Origin: Toensbergia leucococca
Taxonomy: Eukaryota
Direction: 5' to 3'
DNA length: 64,000 nt
Assembly: GCA_022813965.1 (NCBI GenBank)
Contig: JALDZS010000048.1
Location: 62,001-126,000, forward strand
The position numbers were made by a program, and so were the translations under genes. Below the pieces are notes generated by a model. The model did not search any database and had not been told where the DNA came from. It was given only the letters and a program-made list of their open reading frames with translations. The first letter of the stretch is position 1. Every line of letters begins with the position of its first letter. Positions 26,644-39,642 of the stretch are shown one piece after another.

Positions 26644-27038
26644 TTTTGGAGATGGGAGGGGTTGATTGGAGCTGGGTTCGAGCATGCGGCCCTTTGCAAT
26701 TTGCTGTTTACTCCGTACCGATTTGCCATTTATTGCGTCAATTTCCGGATGACTAACTGCATTAGGTCTACCACCAATTGCCCTTCACCAAAGCCCTCAT
26801 TTGGTAATCGATCTGAGTACACTGATGTGAGGATCAAGACGTTTTTGATAATTAAGTCAAATCACACTTGGCGAAGTCCCTGGTCAAGATGTTCCTGACT
26901 TGGCTATTGTCTCAACGAAATATCTTAGTTTCGCGCCAACAGTGGTATCAAAATCAATTGTCCACCCCATCTAGCTTTCAAACTCCTCCCAAACACACTG
27001 AGATCCATCCTCCTGACCAGATCCTCGCACCTAAACCC

Positions 27039-29441
27039 CTAGTCTTCATCATCACCACCATCGTCAAGCTCCTCATCGGCGCCCTCATCAACCAGGTCAT
27101 CCATCTCGTCATCCTCCCCGTCATCAACATTGTAATCATATGCCTCCTCCACTTCATCGTTGTCCATAGGCGGAGGTGTCTCCACTCGACCCAAGATCTC
27201 TACGCCCTCTTCTGCCTCCACCGCTGGTCTTGCTACTGCAGGATCGGTTGTTATTGATACAGGTGGCGTTGGAGCTTTATCCCCAGCGGGAGTCCCCGGT
27301 CGATTGCCTCCCATGTCGCTACTACCGGGTATGCTATCCGCAGCAGCAACACTCGCCGCTTTGCTCCCACTGGGACTAGGCTGATACAGCTTCTGCAATG
27401 TTTCATAATTTATTTTTTTGCTATATGCCCTCTTCATTAGCATCTTCATGGTCGCCTCCGCAGGACTACTCGCAATACTCCCTCCCTCGCGGCCTTCTGC
27501 ACCTCCCTCTCGATAAGCACTCATATCGCCCATCCTGCCTCTCCTACGCGTACGTCTGATGATCTTCCGTGCCGTACCATTCGCTTCTGCGAGTTGCTGT
27601 TTAAGAATTTTGGCTTGCTGGGCGCGAAGATAGTCAGCATTTTCGTGAACCCAGATCCGCTCTTTGACGGCGATTTCGTCGGGGGTAAGGAGGCAATCGT
27701 CGATTTCAGGGTCCCCAGCAAATTCTTCTTCGGGAATAATTTCAGTGTCAGGAATCGGGGCTCGTGGGAGAGCCGGTTCGGTCGGATTTAAGGATTGGGC
27801 TGAAAGAGTGGTTTCTGTTTCGGTGGCTTCGAGGGCTTGGTGCAAGTCTGACGCGTGCGCGACGGTGGAAGGATCTGATAGGACTGCTGAGATATCTGAT
27901 TCAATAGTGGATTCATCAAGGAGGTCAGATGCGGTAGGAGGGGTGGGCTTTCTCCCTTTCCCTGGAGGACGGCCTCGTTTTCGTTTAGCTGGCGACTCGG
28001 AGGCCTGGGGGCCTGTTGAGGAGCCAGACTGAAGCGTGTGAGACGAGTCCTTTCCTGACGGACCTAGCGGAGTGTCCTCGAGAAGAGCTGGGTCGATTGG
28101 GATGGGCGGTGGTGGCATGGCCTGACTATCAGCCTGAGCTTGCCGTTGTTGCTGCTGCGTAGCAGCTGGTGTCTCAAGTTGGTTGTTTTCGTTCGAGGGT
28201 CCAGCAGATGGTGAACGGTGAGACTCGTCGTCCGAGATCTCTACTTCGTCGAGAACGCGAGCTTTTCGCTTGTGACGGTTCTTCTTTCCGTCTTTCTGCT
28301 CATAAAATGCAGGTGGATCACACGCGCGCTCAAGATCAATGGTGCGAAATTGCTCGACGGTAAGCGCACTGCTTTCAGTGATTTTGAATTCGTCGAGTCT
28401 CTTATGGATTGTCACTTCGGTGACTTTGACAATGAATACAACTTCTCGTACAGTCCGGCGGAAATTATTCATTCGAGCAGCTAGAATGAGAGCAGCACCG
28501 CATATACCGTTGGGTCTCCGTCCAGTGGTCATCCAATCACGATTCATACGCTTCACAATATGTGCAGCCTCGTTGGCAACTCGCATGGTCTCTTTGCCGA
28601 ATTCTAAGCGTTGAGCAAAGCGTAAAATTAGGTCCTCTGGGTTGACGGCGTTGACTAGAAATACATTGCCATTCAGGCGAAGCTCTTCCAGCAGGGCTTT
28701 GTATATGTGACCAAGTTTGAAGACATTGATCTTGATACACAGTCAGTCTATCAGTCAAAGGCAATGGAGAAAAACAATTGTACCTGTAAGATATCAGAGA
28801 AATCTATAAGCATTACTTGGTTCGAATCCTGTCTGCGGCAGGCAATATACAGGCAGACTGCTGCCACGCTCTTAGTCACGCGGCCTTGAATAAAATTGTT
28901 GGCAGCAGCAAGCTTGAAGATCTGCATGGCAGCATCGGTAATAGACAGAGGCAACCTCAACGCCGATCCAAGTTGATTGAAGTAGCGTCTCCCTGTCATG
29001 GTATATCAGCTAGAAAGACCTTTAAAGATCAGTTCATGTCCACGCACCATTGGCCTCGGTAATTTCTCTGCTGTCCATTCCTCCAGCACTCTTCAAGCCA
29101 CTGGCAATAGCACCCCTCGCATAGCTCTGATCGGCGCCAACATAACTGCCTTGAACAACCGCTGCACCGGCCGAGGTCTCGCCAAAAGAGATTTCTGAGA
29201 CAATGTTGGAGTCGCTGACAACAGTACCACATCCACGGCAGACCAATTGGCCATCCTCCTCACCGACGTCCTTGTCATGACAGTTGGGATTGGGACATTG
29301 GCGAGCATTGGGCACTCGCTGGGCCTTTTTCGAAGTCTTGGCAGGTTGATGTGGTAGTCGAGGCAATGGATTTTTTAAACTATCCAGTCTAGGGATTCTT
29401 TGAACCTCTCGCCTCGGGGCAACTTTGGCTCTAGCTGACAT
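27039..29441 (-). CDS. BRF1: RNA Pol III transcription factor TFIIIB subunit Brf1
   Basis: Zn ribbon CPNPNC..VCRGCG, cyclin folds (NFIQGR..AAVCLYIACR; RMNRDWMTTGRRPNGICGAALILAARMNNF), BRF1 C-terminal KERIWVHENADYL..SKKINY. 2 introns. Confidence 0.96.
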
Positions 29442-30423
29442 GACAAGAAAGAAATATAATTCGAGGGATGAGATTGCAAAGGGAACAATGTTTTATCGTT
29501 CAGACGAGGCATTAGTGAGAGACTCTTGTCCCAAATTCAAGCCATCCTTTGGAAGCCCTAAGTCCAGCAAGGGTCCTCGAGTAGATGCATGGAGATATAG
29601 GGTCGTGGTTGTCCTTTGTCGTTATGACGGCGATTGCAGGATGAAAGACATGATGGTCTAGGTGGAAGACTGAGAAGTTGAAGGAGCAAGTTGACTCATC
29701 TCGCTTACTTTAGAACAGCGGGTGCGGGGTTGAGGCTCGTGTTCGAGTCTCAACAGCGAAGACTTTTCACTTTTCACTTTTCACATTTCGTCAAAGTCCG
29801 ATTCAATATCAAACAGTACAAGTAGTCAGTACGGAGTACTTACCTACTTTGAAGACAATGATGAGCATCAACATTCTCGAAGCCTCTCGAATTAGTCTAC
29901 AAGAATTTGTCAATATATACCTTTGTCGCCCGAGTTCGACCACAGCCAGAGCATTTCTCGAGAGCCTCGCAAAAGCAAACTTATCTCAACTAAACATTTC
30001 AAATTTACTAGATTCCTAGTATTAATGTGTGTGGCCCATGTACCGACTCATAATGAGGTTTTTCGTTTCTCATTATTGTATGCAGCAGAATCGCTATCAA
30101 ACCTACACATATGAAGACCCTAATTTCGGGCGAAAATCTGTACGGTTGTGTACATTCAAAATTCAATTGATGCCTACACACACCCAGGTAAACCACTAGG
30201 TAGGAAATCCTGCGTTGCCACAAGACTTGAAATCTATGACAGTGTGATTCATCTCCGACCCTAGATGAAAGATATCTATCTGATGAAATTTACTGGCGGT
30301 TGTCTATGAGTTCTGGCGCCGTTTGTGCAATTGAAAACTGGCCATCATGTGCAATCCTCGAATGGCCTTCCAAAGTCGCGTTTGTGGACCTATCTACGTG
30401 TACATATAGGCTTATTGGGGGGT

Positions 30424-32670
30424 TCAAGGCTGGCCATAAGATGTATGGGCTTCCGGAGATGCCGTGTCAAAGAGCGTCGTATACTTCGCCAGTAACTCGT
30501 CAACAACGTCGTCTTCGGATTTTGCAGCTACACCCCAGACACTGTTTGCACTCTCACTTGGTGCATCTTCGTCAAGTTCGGCTTCGATATCGCTCGGCGG
30601 TTGAGATGTCGTTGCTTCTGCGATTGAGCCTCCATCGTCAAGAGGCTCCTCAAATGTGTAATTCTCGGCCTTTCCACGCCTTACCAACATCAGTGCAGTC
30701 TTCTCCATTCTCAATGCCTGAATCTCAGCCCGGATCTCAGCCTCGGTATCTAGCCTACCTTTTCGTTGTCGATGCGAACCTTTCTCGTGCTCTCTTCCAA
30801 GCTCTACCGTCGTCGTCGTCTTCCCTTGCTGTATTTCTCGCAATTTCCTTGTGTGTTCGAAGAGGATATCCTGGTCAGGCTCTGGGATCCATTGAAGGAT
30901 AATAATGTAATTGGGGTCTCGCTGTTAATCTTTTAGTCAGCCATAAATCAAAGTCGAAGCTCCCACTCACATCGTCCCACTCCCAGCGCAGCTGGTAAAC
31001 ATCTAACGTTTCTGGACTCAAATGTTTTTGATGCACCTTCATATATGTTGGCCGGGACAAATCCACGCTCCTCTTTTGAGCAGGTCGTTCCTGCTGCCTA
31101 GGTTTCGTTCTGACGATGATTCGAATGCAGGGGACATCTCGAATAATCAAGCCATGATGAGTAATTTCAGTGGCTGTTTTCTGAACGCATACCAGCTCAG
31201 CTGCTCGCAGTTTTCCATGGAGCCAGGCGGTAATCGTCTGGCCTTCCTCAAGGGATAGCTTAGCAAGCTGTTCCAAAAGAGAAGACCGACCTCTTCGTTG
31301 ATCACGCGTGACCTCGTTTAGTATATCATCGTGTGCCACTGCCTCCTGAAATAGTATAGGCCACGTGATCGAGATTCCGTCCGGAATGTCTCTGATATAT
31401 GGCTTCTGGAAGTAGACTTCAAGTTGCCCTTCTTCGCGATTCACTACATCGCTTTTTGGTGGACTTCTCCTCTGCCCCTTAGGGCTTCGCCAGGAGAATG
31501 CTACTCGTACTTTCCTAAATCGATATTCCAATCCATAAGTCATGTCTAAAGCTACGGTTTTCCTTGTAACATAAATGACTGACGTGACATGTGTAGAAAA
31601 CAGGGCAAGACTAACGGCCAAAACCCGTTTCTAGATCGTAGGTCTCCAGATGCGTTACTTTCTGATATACTTCTATTACCCTCACCCAATAAACCCGGGA
31701 CTCTATCCCAGCTTTTTGATTTTCCTCGAGAGCGGACGCTGTTAGAGAGACTTCGTCGGGAATGGGACTTGTGGATAATCTCCTCTTCAAGCACATTATC
31801 TTTGGGAGACGTGCGAGAATGTAGCGTATTAGTAGTAATCTTGTTTGTAGCTGTAGCGTCTATATGTGAGACTGGGTTCTCACTCGACGTCTGATCAGTT
31901 TTTATGCTGTTGATTGAAGTGATGTCTCGTTCTATCTTCTCGTTACTCGTATTTCGAGGATCGACCTCACTTTTGTCGATAACGTGATCGTCTTCCACGG
32001 TAGCAGGATCGGACACGGAGGTCCTACCCTTTGGCTCCCTGAAAGTTCGTCGTTCATTCCACAAGGTCAAGATGACTTCTTTTAGGTCCTGCTGTTCATT
32101 CACGCTCAGCACTGCCGGTTTGTTACTATGAGAACCTTTAGTAGATTGCCTCAAGTACTCAGGTAAAGTCCCTTACAGTCGAGCAACTTTCCTCGCATAA
32201 CCCAATGTAGTCAGTTGCAATACGAACATTAAGGAATCTTTAGCTTTGCCTAGTTCATCCCTTAGAGTATCCATTTGAGGCCGCTGGAACAGCCATTTTA
32301 CCTTCTCAACACGTGACAGCTTTGTATCTTCTTGGACCAGTCTCATCCCGTCGTTGCTGGCCTGCTTGCTTACGCTCTCCAGCATCCTCCGAAGTTCTTC
32401 GATTACTCGATAACATATCTTGGCCGATGTCGCAGTGATCTGCAACGAAGAGTCGCTGAAGATACCGGTAACATCTTCGGAAGATTTCTGATCCATAAGT
32501 GCGGCGAGCTCTTTGAGGACGCTCGAGGTGAAGTTAATCTCAACGCTGACGGCGTTAATTCTTTCCGAAGCGGTGCTGAATTGCTTGGCAAGATTGAAGA
32601 GCTTGATAGATATCTGGGCACCTGCGGTACCTATAGCAAGAATCGAAGCTGCTGCACTGACGCCGTCCAT
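30424..32670 (-). CDS. Protein with fungal HeLo-like/STAND-type N-terminal helical domain and a small C-terminal domain (DUF8035-like)
   Basis: MDGVSAAASILAIGTAGAQISIKL..ASERINAVSVEINFTSSVLKEL..KVKWLF..LGKAKDSLMFVLQL; later RPTYMKVHQKHLSPETLDVYQLRWEWDD|RDPNYIIILQWIPEPDQDILFEHTRKLRE. About 3 introns; the middle junction near 31.6 kb is uncertain. Confidence 0.72.
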
Positions 32671-33005
32671 CCTCGATTCTGGCGAACGTGTGAATGAAAT
32701 CAGGAGACTCGATCAAGAGACCTAATGTGAAAAGTCTTCGATTTGAATACAAGGTGTAGACATCAGGTAAACAAGTTGTTGGATAGTTCCAATGATACTT
32801 CTTCGTAATTGAAAGAGATGTCAAGGGAAAGAACATTATCTTCATATCTAGGTAGGATCTGCAGGCGCCTGCATACATTTGCTTGGCAATAGGATTCCAC
32901 ATATCACAAATGAAATCATTCCTGGTGAAAAGGTATTCAATACTGGATGCCACAGTATTCAGATCCGCCCATGCAAATCGCTATATAAAAGCCGAAGCAG
33001 GGGTA

Positions 33006-36000
33006 TCAATTAAATTTCAAATCTTCTGCCTCATCACCCTTCGCCTCGCTGCCTTCCCTATCCCCCACCTCATCCCGTTGAACTTCCTGCTCACTCCCCT
33101 GCCTGCTTTCCTCATGTGTCCCAGCTTTGCTTTCAACCAAATTGGGAAAAAGAGGCCTGCGTTCCGCCATCTCCGCAATCTCTTCAATATCACTTAGTTC
33201 GCTCTCGTCATCTGCGCTGTCATGTAGACTCCCCGGTACACTCCCGCCCACTGGAGTGACGGCATCTTCTTTGGCTAAAATAGGCTCGCCTAGTGCATTT
33301 TCCTGTTGCGGTACCGTTCCCAGGGCTCTGGGTGCTTTCAAAAGTACTGGCGGTGCGGCGAGTTTGGTGACCAGGGCTTCTGCCTTCCGCTGTATTTCTT
33401 TTCGCCCAACAGGCTTGTTCCGTGGTTTTGCCACGGCTGACTCGGCGCCTCTCGTAATAGAATCTGAGGGAGGAGTATCGACATGCGGACCATCTAAACT
33501 CATTAGTAGATGGTCGACTCGCATGCGATCTCGGTTCTCCTCATTGTTAGACTTCGTGATCAGATCCGGAACTACCCTTTCGTAGAGAGTAGCATATGCA
33601 TCTCCGATTAAATCGTCGATAAGAGAAGACTTCATAAGTCCAGCATTCAATTTCTTCAGTTCGACGGCTTCCCGCAGTAGGTTACCAATTGGCGTTTGTA
33701 TCAGAGATTGAGCGCAATTCATCATTCTTTCAGCGTTTACTACGAAATCATCATGAGGTATAGATTTGAAGACCGTGTCCTCATGCCCCTCGGAGACAGC
33801 ACAATAACGCCGCAGAAGCTGAAATCAGACGTCAGCGAATTTCGAACCAATATCTGCAGTTGGCTTAAGGCTACCTTTGAGTATGCCACGCAAACCTCTT
33901 GCCATATTACAGAATGCTGAACGAAATCGACGGATCTTTTGCGAATACGTTTTGCTAAAGCCTCCAGGTTGGGCCGATCGTTCAGCTGTGCGAGCAATCG
34001 AACGAAAAATGTGACATAACGTCCGGTGTAGACGAAGTGTCTTCCCGCACGTTCATATTCAGGTTTCCACACTTGGATGCTCATAGTTTTGGTAAAAATC
34101 TGTTGTGTGAGTTCGTGTTTTGCTCCTAAGGCTGCCATTATGTCGTTTGATGAGTCGTCGTAGATAACGTGTGCAGCCTAGTCATGATTAGATTCTTCAA
34201 CATGTATTCATAAGTGTTTAGGATACATACTCTCGCTACCATACGATGATGCCAATTCGCTTTGTCGGCCGACCTCAGCGCCTTAAGAACATGCAAGATG
34301 TAGTGTTCCCAATCTTCGGCGTCATGGATGGCAGGAATCTTCCGTGCATATGGTGTTGCTTCAAGAAATTGGCAGCCTTCATCTGGCTATGTCTTCTTAT
34401 AAGTATCGCCTTTGTATCACTGAATGCTTCAACCTTACCTGGACTCGTTTGCTCTGAACAAGCTTATGCACGATGGATATCAACTTGTAGTGTGGTTCAA
34501 GAATAGGGGGATCTTTTTCCGGGTGTCTGTTGTCACGCCGGCCTGGTAGGGCCTGGATGGCACGGATGAGCGCATCTAGAACCTGTTGATAATTGACTTG
34601 GCTTGCATTACCTCTCAAGGCGTCGTTACAATTGTGCATCTTCCACAAGCATTTAGCCAACATATACCAGTTCCTATGAAGCGGATTAGTAAGTACATCG
34701 ACAATCTGTTTCGTACAGATGTGTCTGGACTCACATCCAATTGTGAGGCTTATCAACTAACGCTTGACGAAACAAGACGCTAGCATATTTCCAGGCAGAA
34801 TAGAGCTGGAGATCTCGAAAAGGTCGCCTCGTGTACATGCCCATGGTCAAAGAACTGAAATGTCTCGTGAATTCATCCAGATTGAATACCGCCATCGAGA
34901 AAGGCTCTCTTGACGATGCATATACGCGCATACCAAAGTCAGCATAGAGGTCCGAGATCTTGCCAACAGTTTCAAAGGAGGCATCGGCACATCGATTTGC
35001 ACTTGCGACAGCCATCGTGTAGCAGTTTATGGCATGTCGTTGTTGTAATTGCAATTCGGCCGGATTGTTATTGATCTTGTCAGCATTCCATGTTGCTTCT
35101 TCCTCAATCCTAGAGTCATGAACTTGGGCAAGCCTATACCAAGTCTCCCATTTATCAGTGCCGAATTCAAGATCTTGTCTGAAGAATGTTGTAGCAATAT
35201 CAAGCTCGTCAGTGGGGCCCTGACTGTTGCGTTTTTGAGAGCGAAACTTAGTCAGTGCAATATGGCCGAGCAGGAAGTACCATCCCTTGCTAGCGATGAT
35301 TGCATCCTCGTTGTTCACCGAGGCACCACAGAGGTCGCCAATACCTTGCAGAGAGCGATACATTGCAATTGGGTTAATTGGAGATCTTAGATATGCAAGG
35401 AAAACACGCTTATTGAAAGTCCGAGCTTCTGCTTGCTTTGGGGGACCGATTGCTTGTTGCAATTTTTCGACCGTGGACTTCAATTCACTTTTCGTTAGAT
35501 CCTTCATGCTCATCCTGTTGACCTGAACCATAACAAGATCCATGACATCGATGGCACCACGGCGGTCGAGTGCTTCTGGAGGACAAGCATGGTCTAGTAA
35601 CCCTGCAAAGTTTGGGCAGATTTTTAGACCGTGAAGATCAAACATTATCTGAGCCATGTCCAACTCCCAATTCTCTGAGGCATTCAGTCTCAATAACTCT
35701 GCTTTCATAAGCCTGAGAAAACTTTTGTTTGATAGTTGACAATATTGCCGCATACCGAATGCGTGATGAACGACTTTCAAATAATCAGCTAGATCTTCGT
35801 TGGGTGTAGGAAAGAGCTCAAAGTTCTGTGCCATAGCTTCTCTAAGAAGAGTGTACTGGAGTGACCACAATGCAATCTGCATCTCACGAAACTTCGTCAT
35901 AGAGACTGTATATGCTGTCACAATCCGAGACCCACTCAGCTGCGCCGGTGCTTGTACTTGTCCAACATGGACGGCGTCTTCCCATAATGTGAAGGTATAT

Positions 36001-39000
36001 AGAAGACGCTGTAACTTAGCTAGTGCTCCCATGGATGTTCGAAGATGTTCGTCGTCCATACAATCAAAGCAAGCGGGATCGTTGAGTGCGAGTACCAGAG
36101 CCCTCGTGATAAGGTCATGGAGAGCTCGTAGCCAATAAAGGAAATTTACGTGGTGGTCTTCCCGAGTGCTATCAACAAATGCTGGGGTACACAGATGTGA
36201 CATAATTAGCTCTATACTTCGGAGCTGACATGAAAAGACCTTCGGTGGATAAGAAATGAACCCATAAGCATCCCAAAGTCTCCGCCATAGGAACAGTTGG
36301 AGTGGCAGGCTTGCACGGTCGAGGAATTGTAGCATCTGCTGCATTTGAGGAGCAAGACTATCGCTGGGTCTAAGTCCGTGGTTTTCTTCTTCGCTCCAAG
36401 AAAATCCTTGAGTAGACCTCTCTAGTAGGGGTTCCAAGCTCTCGATGACCGCAAGTGGATCGCTGTTTTCTGTATCAAAGATGTTGAGGAAGAAGTCCAT
36501 GGTTGTAAGCCTTGAGATTTCTCTTTCAGCAGCTTCGATTGAAATCTCTGGCATAATCGCGTTGTTCTGCAGCTCGATGATTGGGTTTCCAGCAACTTCC
36601 AGAATTCTCTTCATGTCCTGGAGACAAATGATAATATGATCACGAGAAGTCACATCGATAAGGCTAGTATAGACCACAGAAGACCACAAATATCGAATAG
36701 ATAGTCTGTCCGTGTCAGTGTTTTGCAACACCTGTGTAGGTCTTTTGCTCATTGCATCACTGGCAAGGGTAGCCCATCGTCCAAGACGGTCTCGCTGCAG
36801 CGTACGTGTAGAGACATCTACTTCGCTGCTTGGATTTGTGATTCTCCCGTAGATGTCCAGGTGAAGCTCAAAGATATTCTGTATAAATTCGACAGGGTTC
36901 TCATTTAAATTTTGGTTCGATTCAAGCGAGTTGTGGCTGCTTAAGACTAAGAGTTGATTGTCTAGAGCTGTTACCTGGCTGCGCAATTCCTCATATATAA
37001 AGTCGTCCTGTTTGATAAGCAACTGCACAATCGTCTCTTTAAGCACGTCTGGCCAAACAAAACTTTCATACGTAGAGGTCGACATTGAAGGGGCCGTGTT
37101 AGTTGGACTTTGAGATAACAGTTCTTTGATCCATCGGAAACCAAGTTCATCAAGATGAACCCATCCCTCATTTATCTCGTAAGCAAAAGCATCGAGTCCG
37201 TCTGCGCCTGGCAATGTTGGTCGTGATGAGGCTTTTTGGATTCCGCGCTTTGAATGCTCAAGAAAGATCGTGAGGCCGGAATTTCCACGAGTGGTATCAG
37301 GAGTTTGAGTATCAAGACCATCTCCGATAAGAAAGGCATTACTCTTCTCAAAATCCCACATTGCGAGGACATTGCACAAATCTCGAATTGCATCGTACAA
37401 AACTCCGGCCGACGAGTTTGCTTCTCCTGTACCATCTTCAGGCTGCGCTCTAAACATTGCTTGCTTGAGGTCAACCAAAGATCCTAAGTAATCCGCCCCT
37501 AATTTGGAAAAGAACCCCCCTGCAACATCGAACATCCATTGATCTGCTTGAATATGCGTTCGAAGCAGGTCTTCGTATTGCGGTGTCAATCCTTTGGCGG
37601 TGGATTCTTTGGTATGGCTTGGCTCAATGAGCGATCCCCTCGTCCGCATGCGCTTATTATTAGAACGCTCGGAATCAACAAGCTCTTGAAGTCCAGCCGA
37701 TTCAGAAGATCTCTTCCGGGTTGGTAGAGACACCGTTCCGACCGTATTCGCTGGTCCAAATGAATATGACCGTCTAGTAGCTTCTGTTTTGGCTCCAGAT
37801 ACGAGACTGGATGGATGGCTGACGCTTGGATTGCGCACGTGGCCAGGAGTCTGTGATGTTAATTGGCCAGCTACGACTTCAGTCCCTTGAATTGGAGATT
37901 CCAGGACTTCTCCCCTTTGACCTTCTTCACTAACATCTGTATAGGTAGGAACTGGTACTCGCTCGAGCAAATTATCTGACTTGGGCACAATTGTATCTTC
38001 TATCAATTGCTGCGTAGATGAAACATGCATTGGCTGGGTTCCATTATCGAATACTTTAGTCGGCAAAGTCATTGGGCCGAGCATCGACTGTGTTGCTTGA
38101 GATACTTCCGCGGCCAGGAGATGGTTGGTAGGTATGCGAATAGAGTAGCTAGCACCGGGTGCTGGATCCATGAGGCCTTGGGATTCTATACTGAATTGAT
38201 GCAAGATTGCTTTTCCACAACTAGCCCATGTTCGCAAAGGAACTTGTATCTCATGCTTGCTGCTCTGAACCTCGTATGACATCTGGTTAGAGTCTTTTCC
38301 AAGATCTTGGGATAGTAAAGGTAGATAGGGGCAAGTATCCATGACTCTTTTCAATGAGCTACTGATATGTTTTGGTGTTTCCTTCATATTCGAAAGCTGA
38401 GACTCGGAGAGACTATCACGTAATACTTGAAGTAGAGCTCTAAGCTCCTCTTTTGCGCAAATCTCCTCCAAACCGAGAGGCTCCACCCAAGCACTGGACT
38501 CATCTCCATCGGTGTCAAGTACGGCTTCTAGGCAGAATCTTGCGATACGCTTGCTTCCCAGAAATCCACCGATTCTCGAAGCACGTCGCCACAGATCAGA
38601 GTCTGTGTCATCCCTCTCAAGCGCTTCAACGAATAGATTGAGGCTCGTAGCTGAAGTGCTCAGAACCATATAGGAATCCTGGGAAGGCTGAGTATGATTT
38701 AAGCCCATCTCGTGTTGAGCATGAAGGAGAAAGCACTTCAATCGATCTAGTAGAAATTGGCCGTGGTTCTTGTACGAAAGGTACAATATCTGAGGCAATG
38801 TGTTAGGTAGGCCATCGGCGCTAGCTACTGGAGCTTCTGAAGGTACGAGGAGCAAATTATCAACATCGTCGATATCAAGTTGAGTATCACTATAGAGCTC
38901 ATCTTGCTTGGATTCGGAGAGTGACTCTGGATAGGTAAAGACCTCGGACTGAAATAAGATATTGTATGCTGCTTCAGCTTCATCATAGTAGGCTGGGCCT

Positions 39001-39249
39001 TGAGAATGAAGTTTCAGGGCGGTCTGATAAAGCTTTAATGCTTCTTCAATCTGTTGGTGTGATGAGATATAATACCACACGTATTCAGATTGGGGACCGT
39101 ACCTGGATTTCTTTGGTGTCATCAATCTCATCCTCGCTATCCTCTTCAGGCTCAACATTGAGGGCAACAAAAGTAGCCTGTCATTTTGTCAGGTCTTTTT
39201 GATGCAGCTATCGAAAGCCAGTTCAGTTTAGGCCATAGGTAGGTACCAT
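33006..39249 (-). CDS. HIR3: Histone transcription regulator 3 (HIR complex, CABIN1 homolog)
   Basis: M|ATFVALNVEP..DDTKEIQ|IEEALKLYQTALKLH..LYLSYKNHG..ETWYRLAQ..EPHYKLISIVHKLV..WHHRMVAR|..VWKPEYERAGRHFVYT. The first coding exon is the ATG alone. About 6 introns. Confidence 0.93.
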
Positions 39250-39642
39250 GTCTTTGTCTACAGATGCAACGGAGGCCAGGAGAGGAAAGGAATCTACTAT
39301 AGAGTACTCATAAGATCTAGGGATACATTTGAAGCTACCTTGGGTACTGTCGAGGTTCGGTAGCCTCTAATGATACATCGGTGTTGTCGACGGTATGAGA
39401 AGCCACCGCCATGAAAGGCGAAACTCGCGGCAAGCCTAACTTCGACGCCTCGCTTATTATTTATAAATCTCCAAGCTTCCGCGCGTCGATATTTACTTCG
39501 CCTTAAGGTAACGGCTCAAGCGACAAGCATCAGGCATCGGTAGCTTTTCCCGCTCAGCGTCAATCATCAACTCCCTCAACTATCGTTAGATGAGAACACA
39601 CACTGACCATTGAGTGGGACGAGCCCACTACCAGCCTGCGCA

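Noticed and set aside
25270..26729. Multiple long overlapping ORFs (218, 238 and 158 aa) over the PHD gene
   Set aside because: Shadows of low-complexity GC-rich coding DNA that lacks stop codons. The tail of the 471-aa ORF is intron read-through.
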